From IMG/VR virus record IMGVR_UViG_3300031586_000003, positions 1 through 54,571 of that record: a stretch of 54,571 nt of DNA; one strand, given 5' to 3'. Position 1 is the first letter of the stretch, and every line of letters begins with the position of its first letter. The position numbers and the translations under genes are program-made. Under the pieces are notes generated by a model. The model had not been told where the DNA came from and made no database searches. It worked only from the letters and a program-made list of their open reading frames with translations. Shown one piece after another: positions 17,283-26,708 of this stretch. This DNA comes from a virus. Its lineage: Duplodnaviria; Caudoviricetes.

Positions 17283-18594
17283 TTGCCCCTCCTTCCTTTT
17301 TCTCCTCCACCTCGAAAAACCTCAGTCTTTTTAAGTCAAAATGCAGGTCAACCTTGCCTGTCATCCCATCCCGGTTCTTGGCTATGTAAAGTTTCGTATC
17401 TTCAGGGTTGTTTTTAAAGTTCTCCACACCGGGCCGATATAGGAGTAGCACCTGATCCGAGTTATCCTCTATCCCCCCGGACTCCCGGAGGTCTCCCAAA
17501 ACTGGCCGCCTCCCCTCCGCCTTCCGGCTCAACTGTGAAATAGCCAATATAGGGATATTCCTTTTCTTCGCCAGTCTTTTCAAAGAGTAAGTCAGCCTCC
17601 CTAACTCCAAAGCCCTGGTCTCCTCTTCTCTGGCCGCCACTAGCTGGATATAATCTACAACTATCAGATCGCAGGGGATCTGTCCTGACAGAGCCTCGAT
17701 CTGCGCTATGTCCTCCAGATTGTCCAGGATAGTCAGCTTCCACTTCGCGATTTCCCTTGAGGCTTCGTTGACTTTTTCCAGATTATCCAAGCTCAAATTC
17801 TTTATCGCAAATCTTGAGAGATCTACTCCGGTCTCCATAGTCAAAAGCCTTCTAATCAGCTCAGATGCCCCCATTTCCAGGGAAACATAGATAATCTCTT
17901 TTCCTCTTTCTTTCAGCCCATACCGGCAAACAGTCAGGGCAAAACTGGTCTTTCCCATAGAGGTTCTTGCCCCCACGGTGATCAGCTTAGGGGCGCATAA
18001 TCCACCGATCCTCTCATCCAGGTTCGAAAGGCCGGTAGGAAATTCCAGCTCTTTGCCGATCCTATTCTCTATATCATCGTAAGTCTTTTTTATATTCTCA
18101 GGAAAATCAGTCTGCCTTTCCCTTGCCAATGTCCCCAAAGCCTCCCCTATCGTCCCCTCGATGATCTCCCGGCCTTCCGATAGAACCTCCACCAGCGGTT
18201 TTTCTTCAAAAACAGCCTCCCCTGCCTGGTAGTAGGCTCTCATCAACTGCCTGAGGTAATGCTTTTCCCTCACGATCCTGGCGTAGTCCTCGGCTACCAG
18301 CGGGGTCGGCACCAGCTCAATTAGCGTAGCTAAATAGGCTTTGCCCCCGCACTTTTCCTTATCTAGCCTGCTGTCTAGCAATACTTCATTTATAGTCAAT
18401 TGCTCATCGGCCATCTTCAGCATTACGTTATAGATGTGCCGGTGGGCTTCGGAATAGAACATTAACGGGTCAGGCAGGATCGCCCTCACCCGATCGATCG
18501 TATTGTTAAGTAGAATACATCCCAGCACGGCCTGCTCGGCGCTCAAATCGTGGGGTGGCACTCTCTCAACGCTATCTGTGTCAATTTGTCTCAT
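17272..18594 (-). CDS. dnaB: DnaB-like replicative helicase
   Basis: PPHDLSAEQAVLG, GARTSMGKT, VVDYIQL, SQLSR, DLRESGGIE, IAKNRDG; AAGGAG RBS favours ATG at 18594. Confidence 0.95.
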   Translation of the reverse strand: MRQIDTDSVERVPPHDLSAEQAVLGCILLNNTIDRVRAILPDPLMFYSEAHRHIYNVMLKMADEQLTINEVLLDSRLDKEKCGGKAYLATLIELVPTPLVAEDYARIVREKHYLRQLMRAYYQAGEAVFEEKPLVEVLSEGREIIEGTIGEALGTLARERQTDFPENIKKTYDDIENRIGKELEFPTGLSNLDERIGGLCAPKLITVGARTSMGKTSFALTVCRYGLKERGKEIIYVSLEMGASELIRRLLTMETGVDLSRFAIKNLSLDNLEKVNEASREIAKWKLTILDNLEDIAQIEALSGQIPCDLIVVDYIQLVAAREEETRALELGRLTYSLKRLAKKRNIPILAISQLSRKAEGRRPVLGDLRESGGIEDNSDQVLLLYRPGVENFKNNPEDTKLYIAKNRDGMTGKVDLHFDLKRLRFFEVEEKKEGGANEA

Positions 18595-19412
18595 TTTTGC
18601 TCCTTCATCATACTTTTTATAATCGCTGGTCTTGACCATCTTCTCACAAATAAATTATTTTTTCTCCCAACTACTCTCTTTTGCTTATTTGGTGGTTGAT
18701 AAAGTTGAACGAAAGGCAATGCCCCGCACTCATAGGCAAATCGCAACCTGTCCTCGCTTTCTTGAATGGGCTCACTAAAACCCGCTAAAACATAGCATCT
18801 TATTTTATTTCGACTGAAACCTGCCATCCTTAATTTTTCAGCCACTTTGGCAAATTGCTTTTGACTATCCCAGTTATCCAAAGCTAGCCACAATTCTTTT
18901 ATTCGTAGTCCTCTCAATTCTTCAATGTGCCAATCCTTAAACAATCTAACATCTAATCCTCCTAAAAATTGTATTGCTCGCTGAGTTTTTAGCATTGAAA
19001 AGACTTTCATTAAGTGATCTCTATTGCTTAAAAGAATATTATTATCCTGGATAATGTTGCCAGCCGCAATTTGATTCAATGTTCTAAATCTGCCTTCGAT
19101 TTCGGACACTAAGCACCAAGGGCAGGTAAAGTCGCAACCCCTCGATGTAAACACAACTCCTTTTTTGATGTACCTACCAGGCACAAACTCATCTCTATTG
19201 AGTCTATAAGCTGGGCCTCCGATCTTCACAACTGGATAATATTCAGACCATTCATTTTTTATCTCCTCACAGAAGTCTCTATCCCAGGTGAATAGACAAG
19301 AGATATGCACCTCGTCTACCTCGGGCCTCCATAACTCTGGAGAACCGATAATAACCAAGTTATCCTTGGGAGTGAAGTTTGTCCTCCTAGGGAACACTCT
19401 AAGGATTTTCAT
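18591..19412 (-). CDS. Radical SAM protein
   Basis: TSRGCDFTCPWC (CxxxCxxC), IQDNNIL, GGLDVRL. Confidence 0.88.
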   Translation of the reverse strand: MKILRVFPRRTNFTPKDNLVIIGSPELWRPEVDEVHISCLFTWDRDFCEEIKNEWSEYYPVVKIGGPAYRLNRDEFVPGRYIKKGVVFTSRGCDFTCPWCLVSEIEGRFRTLNQIAAGNIIQDNNILLSNRDHLMKVFSMLKTQRAIQFLGGLDVRLFKDWHIEELRGLRIKELWLALDNWDSQKQFAKVAEKLRMAGFSRNKIRCYVLAGFSEPIQESEDRLRFAYECGALPFVQLYQPPNKQKRVVGRKNNLFVRRWSRPAIIKSMMKEQK

Positions 19413-19483
19413 TTAATTGCTCTACCTCCTTGCTTATCATCCCCACCTGCTCGGCGGCGAGGTCGTGGGGAGGGACGCGGTCG

Positions 19484-20269
19484 TTAATCGGCGACGTGGT
19501 AGGGAGCGGTTGGTTGTGGTTGTTTGGCATTGCTCTTTTCCTTTAAAAAATTTTCCAATGGTTTATTAATACTCAAAAACCTATCTAATCCTCTTTGTAA
19601 AAAATCTCTCAATTCCCATTTATGAGTCCAAAAGTATTTATCATCTTCCAAAATAGTCTTATAGTTTTGCATGGCATCTCTAATTTCCTTTTCTGAATAC
19701 TTCTCAAGAACAGCATTGAGGTTGGGTTTAAACTTTTCTCTATCCCTGTGTACCATAATTTTTAGTGAGTTCCAAAAATCAAAAAGACTATATATGTTTT
19801 CTTTCCTTTTCTTTCTTTCTTTAGACGCTCTGGAATTCTTATCATTACTATCTTTTTTTGAGGTCGAGGTTGACGTTTCGTCAAGTTTTACTTGACGTTT
19901 TGTCAAGTTTTTGGTTGACGTTTCGGCAACCTTCATTCTCCATTTTTCGTCAAAGGTTGACATTTCGTCAAGTTGCCATTTTTCATAATCTTTGTGGAAG
20001 TAAATATAACCATTGTTCTCAGCAATTTTTATGATGTTCTTTTTTTCCAGATTAGTTAACGTTTTGGCAACCTTTTCTAGAGGTATTCTTGTGAGATCAG
20101 CTATGTCTTTTTTTTTGAGTCTGGCGTATTTTTGCTTAAATCCATAACTGTATCTAAGAATACAAAGAGTAGCCCTATATTCGTTTTTGTTTAAACCAGC
20201 GCCCATTAAGGCTTCCCATAAATCATTTGCTATCTCTACGTGTCCGTTTTTTGTCTGTGGATTTGCCAT
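19484..20269 (-). CDS. Lambda O-like replication initiator
   Basis: MANPQTKNGHVEIANDLWEAL N-terminus, wHTH, internal iteron-coded linker. Confidence 0.88.
   Translation of the reverse strand: MANPQTKNGHVEIANDLWEALMGAGLNKNEYRATLCILRYSYGFKQKYARLKKKDIADLTRIPLEKVAKTLTNLEKKNIIKIAENNGYIYFHKDYEKWQLDEMSTFDEKWRMKVAETSTKNLTKRQVKLDETSTSTSKKDSNDKNSRASKERKKRKENIYSLFDFWNSLKIMVHRDREKFKPNLNAVLEKYSEKEIRDAMQNYKTILEDDKYFWTHKWELRDFLQRGLDRFLSINKPLENFLKEKSNAKQPQPTAPYHVAD
19870..19971. repeat. Replication origin iterons inside the initiator gene
   Basis: Palindromic TTGACRTTTYGKCAA at 19870, 19892, 19915, 19957, a half site ~19945 and a variant ~20056; AT-rich tract at 19790-19860. Confidence 0.8.
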
Positions 20270-20278
20270 TTTCTGTTT

Positions 20279-20521
20279 TTATTTTCCTTTTTTAGACAGC
20301 CCCGTCACGTCCTTCCCATCCACACCCGCCAGATATAATTCCCCTTTGCATTTATAACCAGCTATCGTTCTGTCTTCTATTTCCGTCTCATCCTCTAAAA
20401 TACGCTTGCCGTATATAATTTTATGCGTTTTTCCGCATTGGGGGCAAAGCACCTCATCCCCCAAAGCTGGCAGTTTTGCCAGTTCATCATTTCCAAAAGC
20501 AACAAAAGGTATTTCACTCAT
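20279..20521 (-). CDS. Zinc-ribbon hypothetical protein
   Basis: CPQCGKTH. Confidence 0.6.
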   Translation of the reverse strand: MSEIPFVAFGNDELAKLPALGDEVLCPQCGKTHKIIYGKRILEDETEIEDRTIAGYKCKGELYLAGVDGKDVTGLSKKGK

Positions 20522-21060
20522 TACTTTATTTCCTTCCCCAACTCAATCACCGCCGCATATACGGCTTCTTGGCGGGTTTTGCCCTTGCCATTAATTCTAA
20601 CTCCATTCTCGCCCATCAGAGTGCAACGGTAGTAACCGGAATCTATCTTATTTGTTAGTTCACGAAAGAAATATCCCATCCCCTCCAGTATCTGCTCAAT
20701 CCTCTCCCAGGGCAGGAGAGGGATAAGGTTATCCCGTTTTTCCCAAGTAGTTATATCCCCAGAGCTTGTTATCTTTACCTCATCATATTTACTACTATAT
20801 TGTAAGACCGTAAAAACATCACGGTAAGTGGTAAATATACAGGCATCCCGATACTCCGCCTCCCATTCCCACTTCCCCTTAACCTTGCCAAGTCCTTTGC
20901 ATTTAGGGCAAGTATATGGTATGCTTTGTTCTGAAGTTCTTCGACCTATCCATCCTTCTCCATAACATTCTGGACATTCCTTCTCCTGCCTTTCGGCAAT
21001 TTTCTTGATAGCCTCATAGCAAGGCTTTGCTAGTTCTTGCGCTTCTTTGGTGAACTGCAT
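20521..21060 (-). CDS. Protein with DnaJ-type zinc finger
   Basis: CPECYGEG...CPKCKGLG. Confidence 0.65.
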   Translation of the reverse strand: MQFTKEAQELAKPCYEAIKKIAERQEKECPECYGEGWIGRRTSEQSIPYTCPKCKGLGKVKGKWEWEAEYRDACIFTTYRDVFTVLQYSSKYDEVKITSSGDITTWEKRDNLIPLLPWERIEQILEGMGYFFRELTNKIDSGYYRCTLMGENGVRINGKGKTRQEAVYAAVIELGKEIK

Positions 21061-21747
21061 TTTTCACTCCTTTTTTATGCAACCCTTTCTCCTTCTAAAT
21101 ATCTCTATCCGAGAGAACTCTTTTGAGTGAGCTTTTTAATTGATAACGCAACGCTAATTCATCACCAAGATCCCTTGTCTTTACCCAGTCTTTAAATATT
21201 TCTACTCCTCCAATTTTTAGAACAATTTTTTGATTTTTTCTCATCTATTTCTCCTTCCTTTGCCCAACGTATCACCTTATAGGGCTCTCTGACCACAATT
21301 TCTTCTGTGTTTACATTTGCCCATACTTCTGTGTATCGCATTTATTCCTCCTTTCAACCCATAATGGCGTATAAATATCAAATGTTTTTCCGCAATAACC
21401 ACAATACAGACACCGAAGACCACTGGTATCCCAACCGCACCTATGGCATTTAGGGCAGAATAACATTTATTCCTCCCAAATTTCACCACATACGTTACAT
21501 CTCCAGTTTTTCATTATAGGGTCATAATCTATATCCGTGCTGCCACAATATGGACATCGTTCGAGTTTGGTGATGTCAAATGGCGCTACTACTTTGCGTT
21601 TCATTTTGCTTCTCATCATCTTCTCCTCCGCATTCAAAACAGAATTTTCTACCTACTTCGATAGCTTCATCACATAACTTTGCTTTGCAGTTATCACATT
21701 TAGTATCTGATTCTCTTATCATTTTGATTCCTTCCTTGCCCGCTCTC

Positions 21748-22014
21748 TCAAATGGCTTTACAAAAAGGTTTATTCCTTTTTCCCTGCGTTCCTAGAATCT
21801 TCGGAGCTTGTTTAATTCGCTGTATCCATTTTTTGATTTCTCTAGCCAATTCAGGTTCACAAAAATCAGAGTAACATTCCAAAGCTACCATAGCTGCAGG
21901 GTCTTTTCTGGGCACCAGCACAAAAGGGCTATCTACATCTAGCACATCCACTGAGGACTTCCCAGAATTCTGAACGCCTTTTTGATAAACAAGATATTTT
22001 TCATATAGTTTCAT
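21748..22014 (-). CDS. Hypothetical phage protein
   Basis: MKLYEKYLV...FVLVPRKDPAA; AAGGAG RBS favours ATG at 22014. Confidence 0.65.
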   Translation of the reverse strand: MKLYEKYLVYQKGVQNSGKSSVDVLDVDSPFVLVPRKDPAAMVALECYSDFCEPELAREIKKWIQRIKQAPKILGTQGKRNKPFCKAI

Positions 22015-22033
22015 CTTCTTCTCCTTTTTCCTT

Positions 22034-22099
22034 GCCCGCCCTGCCTCACGGACTCTCACCGTGAAGTTAGATACGTTTTCCCGTATTCGCAGAGCGGGC
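22034..22099 (-). ncRNA. tRNA-like element C1 (minimal, anticodon-less)
   Basis: GCCCGCTCTG/CAGGGCGGGC stem, ATACG-GGAAAA-CGTAT arm, CTTCACGG-TGAGAGT-CCGTGAGG arm with a 7-nt T-loop-like loop. Confidence 0.65.
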
Positions 22100-22111
22100 T
22101 ACATAAGTTAT

Positions 22112-22294
22112 CTATCCATCAAGATAAAAACCACCATCTTCATCATAAATACTACCACTTCTTTCCATTTCATCCGAATTATCACCATAAACTCGTCGAG
22201 ATACTTTCTTCCCTTCTTTTGACGAGGGGTGGTGCAACGTCCCATCTTTTCTCAAAATCGCTTCTCCTCTTTTGTTCCAGACATTCTTTGCCAT
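22112..22294 (-). CDS. Hypothetical protein
   Basis: AAGGAGG RBS before MAKNVWNK. Confidence 0.55.
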   Translation of the reverse strand: MAKNVWNKRGEAILRKDGTLHHPSSKEGKKVSRRVYGDNSDEMERSGSIYDEDGGFYLDG

Positions 22295-22524
22295 TGCTCT
22301 TCCTCCTTTCTTGCCACCTCGGCGAATAACTGCTTTCTCAATTTTCCCCCTTCTTTTATTTATCTTCAATGAAATCGCTACCAAAAGCATTTTTAGTATC
22401 TTCTCGGTAAATTCGTTGCTTTATATTTCTGTAAAAAAATCGTCCTCCGTCTCTTTGAGCTGCCTTGTTTAATCCTTTTAACGTCTTTCTTCTTTGTTCT
22501 TTATTCATTTCCCCCTCCTTCCTT

Positions 22525-22599
22525 GCCCGCCCTGGCAGGATTACAGCGCGCTTGTCACCTTACGTCCTGCCCGCAAATGAGGTGGCGTACAGAGCGGGC
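22525..22599 (-). ncRNA. tRNA-like element C2
   Basis: Same 10-bp stem as C1, TA, CGC-CACCTCATTT-GCG arm, GCAGGA...TCCTGC arm stacked on CAG. Confidence 0.65.
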
Positions 22600-22604
22600 T
22601 ATAT

Positions 22605-22823
22605 TCAATCAATAACCACCCGGTACCCCATAATCCTAGTAAAACGCCTTTCCCTCCTTTCGTCTGGTTTTTCCTTATAAACCCGGGGCGCCGGGTGGGG
22701 TTTCACTTCCAGCCTGCCGAGCTGGGCGGTTATCTGCCAGCGGTTGCGCCTGTAATAAAGCAGCTTGCCGTCGACGTCGGAGAATGTCCTGGTGTAACCG
22801 TTCTTTCTGGCTGTGTATATCAT
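22605..22823 (-). CDS. Hypothetical protein
   Basis: GAGGAGG RBS. Confidence 0.6.
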   Translation of the reverse strand: MIYTARKNGYTRTFSDVDGKLLYYRRNRWQITAQLGRLEVKPHPAPRVYKEKPDERRERRFTRIMGYRVVID

Positions 22824-22975
22824 TTCTTACCTCCTCTCAGTTTGTTTTCTCCATTCAGCTAAACATTCTTTTTCAAACAAATTCCAAATCTCATTTAGGA
22901 GTTTGTTTTCCTTGTCTTTCCACTTGTGCCGATTCCACTCACAAAGAAGCCTAGTTAATTTCTCTATTCTTTCTT

Positions 22976-23899
22976 TCATTTTTTGCCCCCCAGCTCCTTT
23001 TGCAGCTCCTCAAACATATCGTCAAACACAGAGTCTATCTCCACCAGGTAGTCGTTTGAGAGGCCCAGAAATGATTTGACTTGATAGTTCTTAGTCAGCC
23101 ACTCTTCCAACCCCAGCCCCTTCGTCTTGCCGCTCACAAACAGCTCTGCGAACCGCTTGCCCAGCCGCTTTATCAGCTTGTCGCGGTCGAAGTCCTTATC
23201 GACTACTTTGTCTAAGGATGTTCCCGGCACGGTTTCTATCTTTTCTATGGTATTTTCTTCTAGCTTCTTTCCCTCTTTGGGTTTTCCGATTGCAGCGCCT
23301 TTTTCTAAATGATCCATTCTTTCAGGTTTAACGCGCTCTTGCTCTTCTCCTTTTTTGGGTTCATTGTTGTATATCCACCCCAGCCAGCCATCAGCTTCCT
23401 TCTCCACTGCCTTGCTCCATTTCAGGCCCGCCTCGATGAGGGATTTAGCAACGGCGCTTTTGGTGATAATTCTCTGCTCTTTATCCTTTCGGTGATCCCA
23501 ATATTCTCGTTCATCCTCTTTAGAATCAAGCACACCCGACCCACCCTGGGGTGGTTTTTCACTATTCAAGAGCTTTACTTTCCCCCTCGCCAGCCTGCGC
23601 TCGTCCTTATAGATGTCGGTCTTGGCATCCTCAACCCTAATCCTTTTACCTATCGCTGTTCCAGGGATGGCCTCCTCGGCCTTATTGGCTATGAAATCAA
23701 CGACAATCGCTCCCGTGCCGTCATTTATAACCAGTTTCTGACTCCAGAACGCCTGGCCTTCCCTCTTCCCACTCTTTACTTTGCGCTCATATGCCTGTCT
23801 AGCTTCCTTGACGGTGGCCTCCAGGGTGATGTCGGACATCTTGGTGAAGATGGTCTCATCTAGGTCTAACAGCTTTTTGATGGTTATATTGTCGCTCAT
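22976..23899 (-). CDS. OB-fold ssDNA-binding/recombination-like protein
   Basis: QKLVINDGTGAIVVDF OB-fold-like strands; adjacent to a nuclease gene. Confidence 0.5.
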   Translation of the reverse strand: MSDNITIKKLLDLDETIFTKMSDITLEATVKEARQAYERKVKSGKREGQAFWSQKLVINDGTGAIVVDFIANKAEEAIPGTAIGKRIRVEDAKTDIYKDERRLARGKVKLLNSEKPPQGGSGVLDSKEDEREYWDHRKDKEQRIITKSAVAKSLIEAGLKWSKAVEKEADGWLGWIYNNEPKKGEEQERVKPERMDHLEKGAAIGKPKEGKKLEENTIEKIETVPGTSLDKVVDKDFDRDKLIKRLGKRFAELFVSGKTKGLGLEEWLTKNYQVKSFLGLSNDYLVEIDSVFDDMFEELQKELGGKK

Positions 23900-24123
23900 G
23901 ATTCCCCCCTTTCTTTTTCTAGCTCTTTTACTAAATTATTTACAATATCAAAGAGCCGAATTACCACTACGGTCTCCTCCCAAAAATAATCGTGGTCTAT
24001 CTTTATCTTTAGTTCGTTTAGTTCTTTGCGTATTTCTTTTAGATTCATAATTTCCCCCTTTCTTTAGGCTCTGGATAAATTTTCTTTGGTCATTGATTTT
24101 ACCGAATGGTAAGTTTTGTTTCT

Positions 24124-24861
24124 TCATTTTCCCTTTATCTTCTTGTGTGTTTGATATATGTCCAGCAGATTCAGGAAGATTCCCCAATATAGGTCTATAT
24201 TGCCGACCACCTGCTCCTGGAAGGTCTCACTCTCAGCCCGGGGTATGTTGAGGATTCTCACCTTGTCCACTCCATAGCCATTTTCTATAAGCAAATGCCA
24301 ATATGCGACTACCTGAACAAAATGCTCAGGATATATGCCTGACCCGGTCTTCAGGTCAACCAGTTCAAATCGTACCCCCTCACTCCGTGCATATATATCA
24401 AGGGTTCCCCCAAATCCAAAAGTCTCACTGACCAAAGGTTTCTCTATTAAAATCGGCTCTATCTTGTGGTCTTTTTCCCACTCCCAAAAACTTAAAACCG
24501 AATTCTCAGCTTGGTCGATCTGGTTCTTGGAATACTCGCTGGTATCCGTTCTCTTTCCTGAGAGCCGATCGGTAATCATAGCATGTGCCAAAATCCCTAT
24601 GTCTGCCTTTTCATCTCTGTATTTGTTCGCCGAGATTCCTTCCAGTCCTATTCTGTTCGCCCAATTAACCAAGGTCTGTTTGTTCCAGCCCAATTGTCCG
24701 ACTATGGTCGTGGCACCAGGGACTATCGTGCCATCTTCCTTTCGATATGTCTGGTGCGCCCTGACTTTTTTCCCTATTTTCTCCTTCTTCTTTTTCGGCC
24801 TTCCCCCCTTGTTCTCTATTAGCACTACTTTGGCCTTATTCGGCTCCCATAATAGCGTCAT
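24124..24861 (-). CDS. PD-(D/E)XK exonuclease
   Basis: PGATTIVG, GILAH, GGTLDI, LVDLKTG, QVVAY. Confidence 0.85.
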   Translation of the reverse strand: MTLLWEPNKAKVVLIENKGGRPKKKKEKIGKKVRAHQTYRKEDGTIVPGATTIVGQLGWNKQTLVNWANRIGLEGISANKYRDEKADIGILAHAMITDRLSGKRTDTSEYSKNQIDQAENSVLSFWEWEKDHKIEPILIEKPLVSETFGFGGTLDIYARSEGVRFELVDLKTGSGIYPEHFVQVVAYWHLLIENGYGVDKVRILNIPRAESETFQEQVVGNIDLYWGIFLNLLDIYQTHKKIKGK

Positions 24862-25151
24862 TTTCCCCTCCTCAATAAACCCTCAAATTCCCCTTGCCGA
24901 CCAGCCAATTCTTTACGATCCGCTCGATTAGCTCCCTCGGCAAGAGGGCTTCCTTTCCCGCTTCCCTTGCCAGCGCCTCGGATGCTTCGTGGTCTAGGAT
25001 AATCTGGTAGCATCTTTTCATCGTTTGACCTCCAGCCCCGACACCAGCCTTATCTCCGGGAACTCGCTGACCGTTCCATTCCTGAAAATAATGTTAGGGC
25101 GGTTGATCATCCTTTTCACTCTCTTTTTCTCTCTTCCCTTAATTCTTTTTT

Positions 25152-25349
25152 TCATAATTCCTCCTTTGCGTAAATTAATCCGATAAATTCTCTTAGCGCC
25201 TTGTTGGATCTTCTTGTTTTAATACCCCTGCGGATACTAGGATGCTCAAGCCCAATCCCCTTATTCCAGGGAACTCTGCCCGTCATAAGGCGAGATACTC
25301 TTTCTTTTGCTTGTTCACTGCTGCGTTTATCCATTTTGCGTTTTTTCAA
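25152..25349 (-). CDS. Stand-alone NUMOD3-like mini-protein
   Basis: GRVPWNKG...HPSI resembles PTWSKG...HPSI in the HNH at 6494-7075. Confidence 0.5.
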   Translation of the reverse strand: MKKRKMDKRSSEQAKERVSRLMTGRVPWNKGIGLEHPSIRRGIKTRRSNKALREFIGLIYAKEEL

Positions 25350-25502
25350 CCTTGATCTCCTTCCCGTCAGTCATAATTAGCCTTAATGTTCCGTCTAAGG
25401 GCCATCTGATAAAAGCAAATTTCTTATCTTCCCCGAATTTCTTCTTTGCCTTCTTAATAACTCCTTGAATATCGTCCGTGCGGCTTATTTTAAGTATTTG
25501 CG

Positions 25503-25721
25503 TCACCTTCCCCTCCTTTTATTTGGAATAGCATTATACTTAATCATTATTCTAACTTGTTCTAGTGCTTTAACTCTCTCTTTTATTTGTCGCTCCAAGC
25601 CAGTCTCACGGTATTCTGGCCCTATTTTATCACTCGGCACTCCGCTTGACTCCAGTAGTGACCGCTCAATTTCCTTAATTATTTTTTTGTATTTGTTTAT
25701 CATCCTCATCTCTCCAATCAA
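25503..25721 (-). CDS. Hypothetical protein
   Basis: ORF track. Confidence 0.5.
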   Translation of the reverse strand: MIGEMRMINKYKKIIKEIERSLLESSGVPSDKIGPEYRETGLERQIKERVKALEQVRIMIKYNAIPNKRRGR

Positions 25722-25777
25722 GAATTGCTACTTTAGCCCCCGCTTCTCCTAATACCTCAATATATTCTTGCCACTCG

Positions 25778-26122
25778 TTACTCATCTCCCCCTCCTTTTT
25801 TTCGCTCTTCTATATAATGGCTACCCGTCTGCTTTATGCGGGCTTTTATGAGGTCTTTTAGCTCGCCGATGCGGTTGAGGTAGTCGTGGGGTTCAATTCG
25901 CAGTTTTTTGTTGAGGTAGAGCTGGATTAAGTCCTCGGTTTCCTCGTTTTTTTCCAGCACAATTTCCTTGGTTTCCGAGAAGGGCGTATCCTGGACACGC
26001 AGGAATTTCAGCCCCTGGTGCTCTGTCCCGTCCTCGTGATAATGCTTGCCCGTGAGGGCAGCCGCTATCGAAGCGTTCTCGAAAACTATTTCCCCGTCTG
26101 TTTCGTCGTAGCGTTTTTTCAT
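25778..26122 (-). CDS. Hypothetical protein
   Basis: Coupled ORF with AAGGAG RBS. Confidence 0.6.
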   Translation of the reverse strand: MKKRYDETDGEIVFENASIAAALTGKHYHEDGTEHQGLKFLRVQDTPFSETKEIVLEKNEETEDLIQLYLNKKLRIEPHDYLNRIGELKDLIKARIKQTGSHYIEERKKGGGDE

Positions 26123-26529
26123 ACCTTATTCTCCTTTAATAGCTCATTATTCTCGTAGATGTTGCCGATTAGTTTTATTTCTAAATCTTTATGGAGGGGC
26201 TCATCCTTATCTCCATATCTGACAAACCAACCATTGCCAATTGTCTCCCCACTTTCATCGGACTTGTAACTTCCAAATTCTACGACGACATGCCCGATAT
26301 AATAATCTCTACTAATATCAATAATATCCCCCTCGTAAATCTCCTTGCCGTTTTTGTCCAGCAGGTTAGTAAATAAATTCCTATCAGTAGCATACAAAAA
26401 GGCAGGATACCATATCGTTTCACCTTTTTTCAGGTGTTCCCAGTGAGCGTTAGAACCGTCTCCCTTGTACCACCTCTCGTAACCTATTATTTCGTCTCCT
26501 ATTCTTAATCTAAATTTTATCTCTTTCAT
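26119..26529 (-). CDS. YopX family protein
   Basis: MKEIKFR...FTNLLDKNGKEIYEGDII...IGNIYENNELL. Confidence 0.9.
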   Translation of the reverse strand: MKEIKFRLRIGDEIIGYERWYKGDGSNAHWEHLKKGETIWYPAFLYATDRNLFTNLLDKNGKEIYEGDIIDISRDYYIGHVVVEFGSYKSDESGETIGNGWFVRYGDKDEPLHKDLEIKLIGNIYENNELLKENKV

Positions 26530-26708
26530 ACCTCCACCCTCCTTTTTACCCCCCCCGTCCTGCTATTAGGCGGGGTGATTTTCCATCTTTCTTCTAGCAG
26601 TCTCATCTTAGATAATAAAGTTTGACGAATCACTCCTTGCCCTGCTAATAACGGTAGCCTATTTTTTATGTAATCCTTCAATTCTTTCCAGGCATTTTTG
26701 TAAAGCAT
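26526..26708 (-). CDS. Hypothetical protein
   Basis: AAGGAG RBS. Confidence 0.55.
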   Translation of the reverse strand: MLYKNAWKELKDYIKNRLPLLAGQGVIRQTLLSKMRLLEERWKITPPNSRTGGVKRRVEV

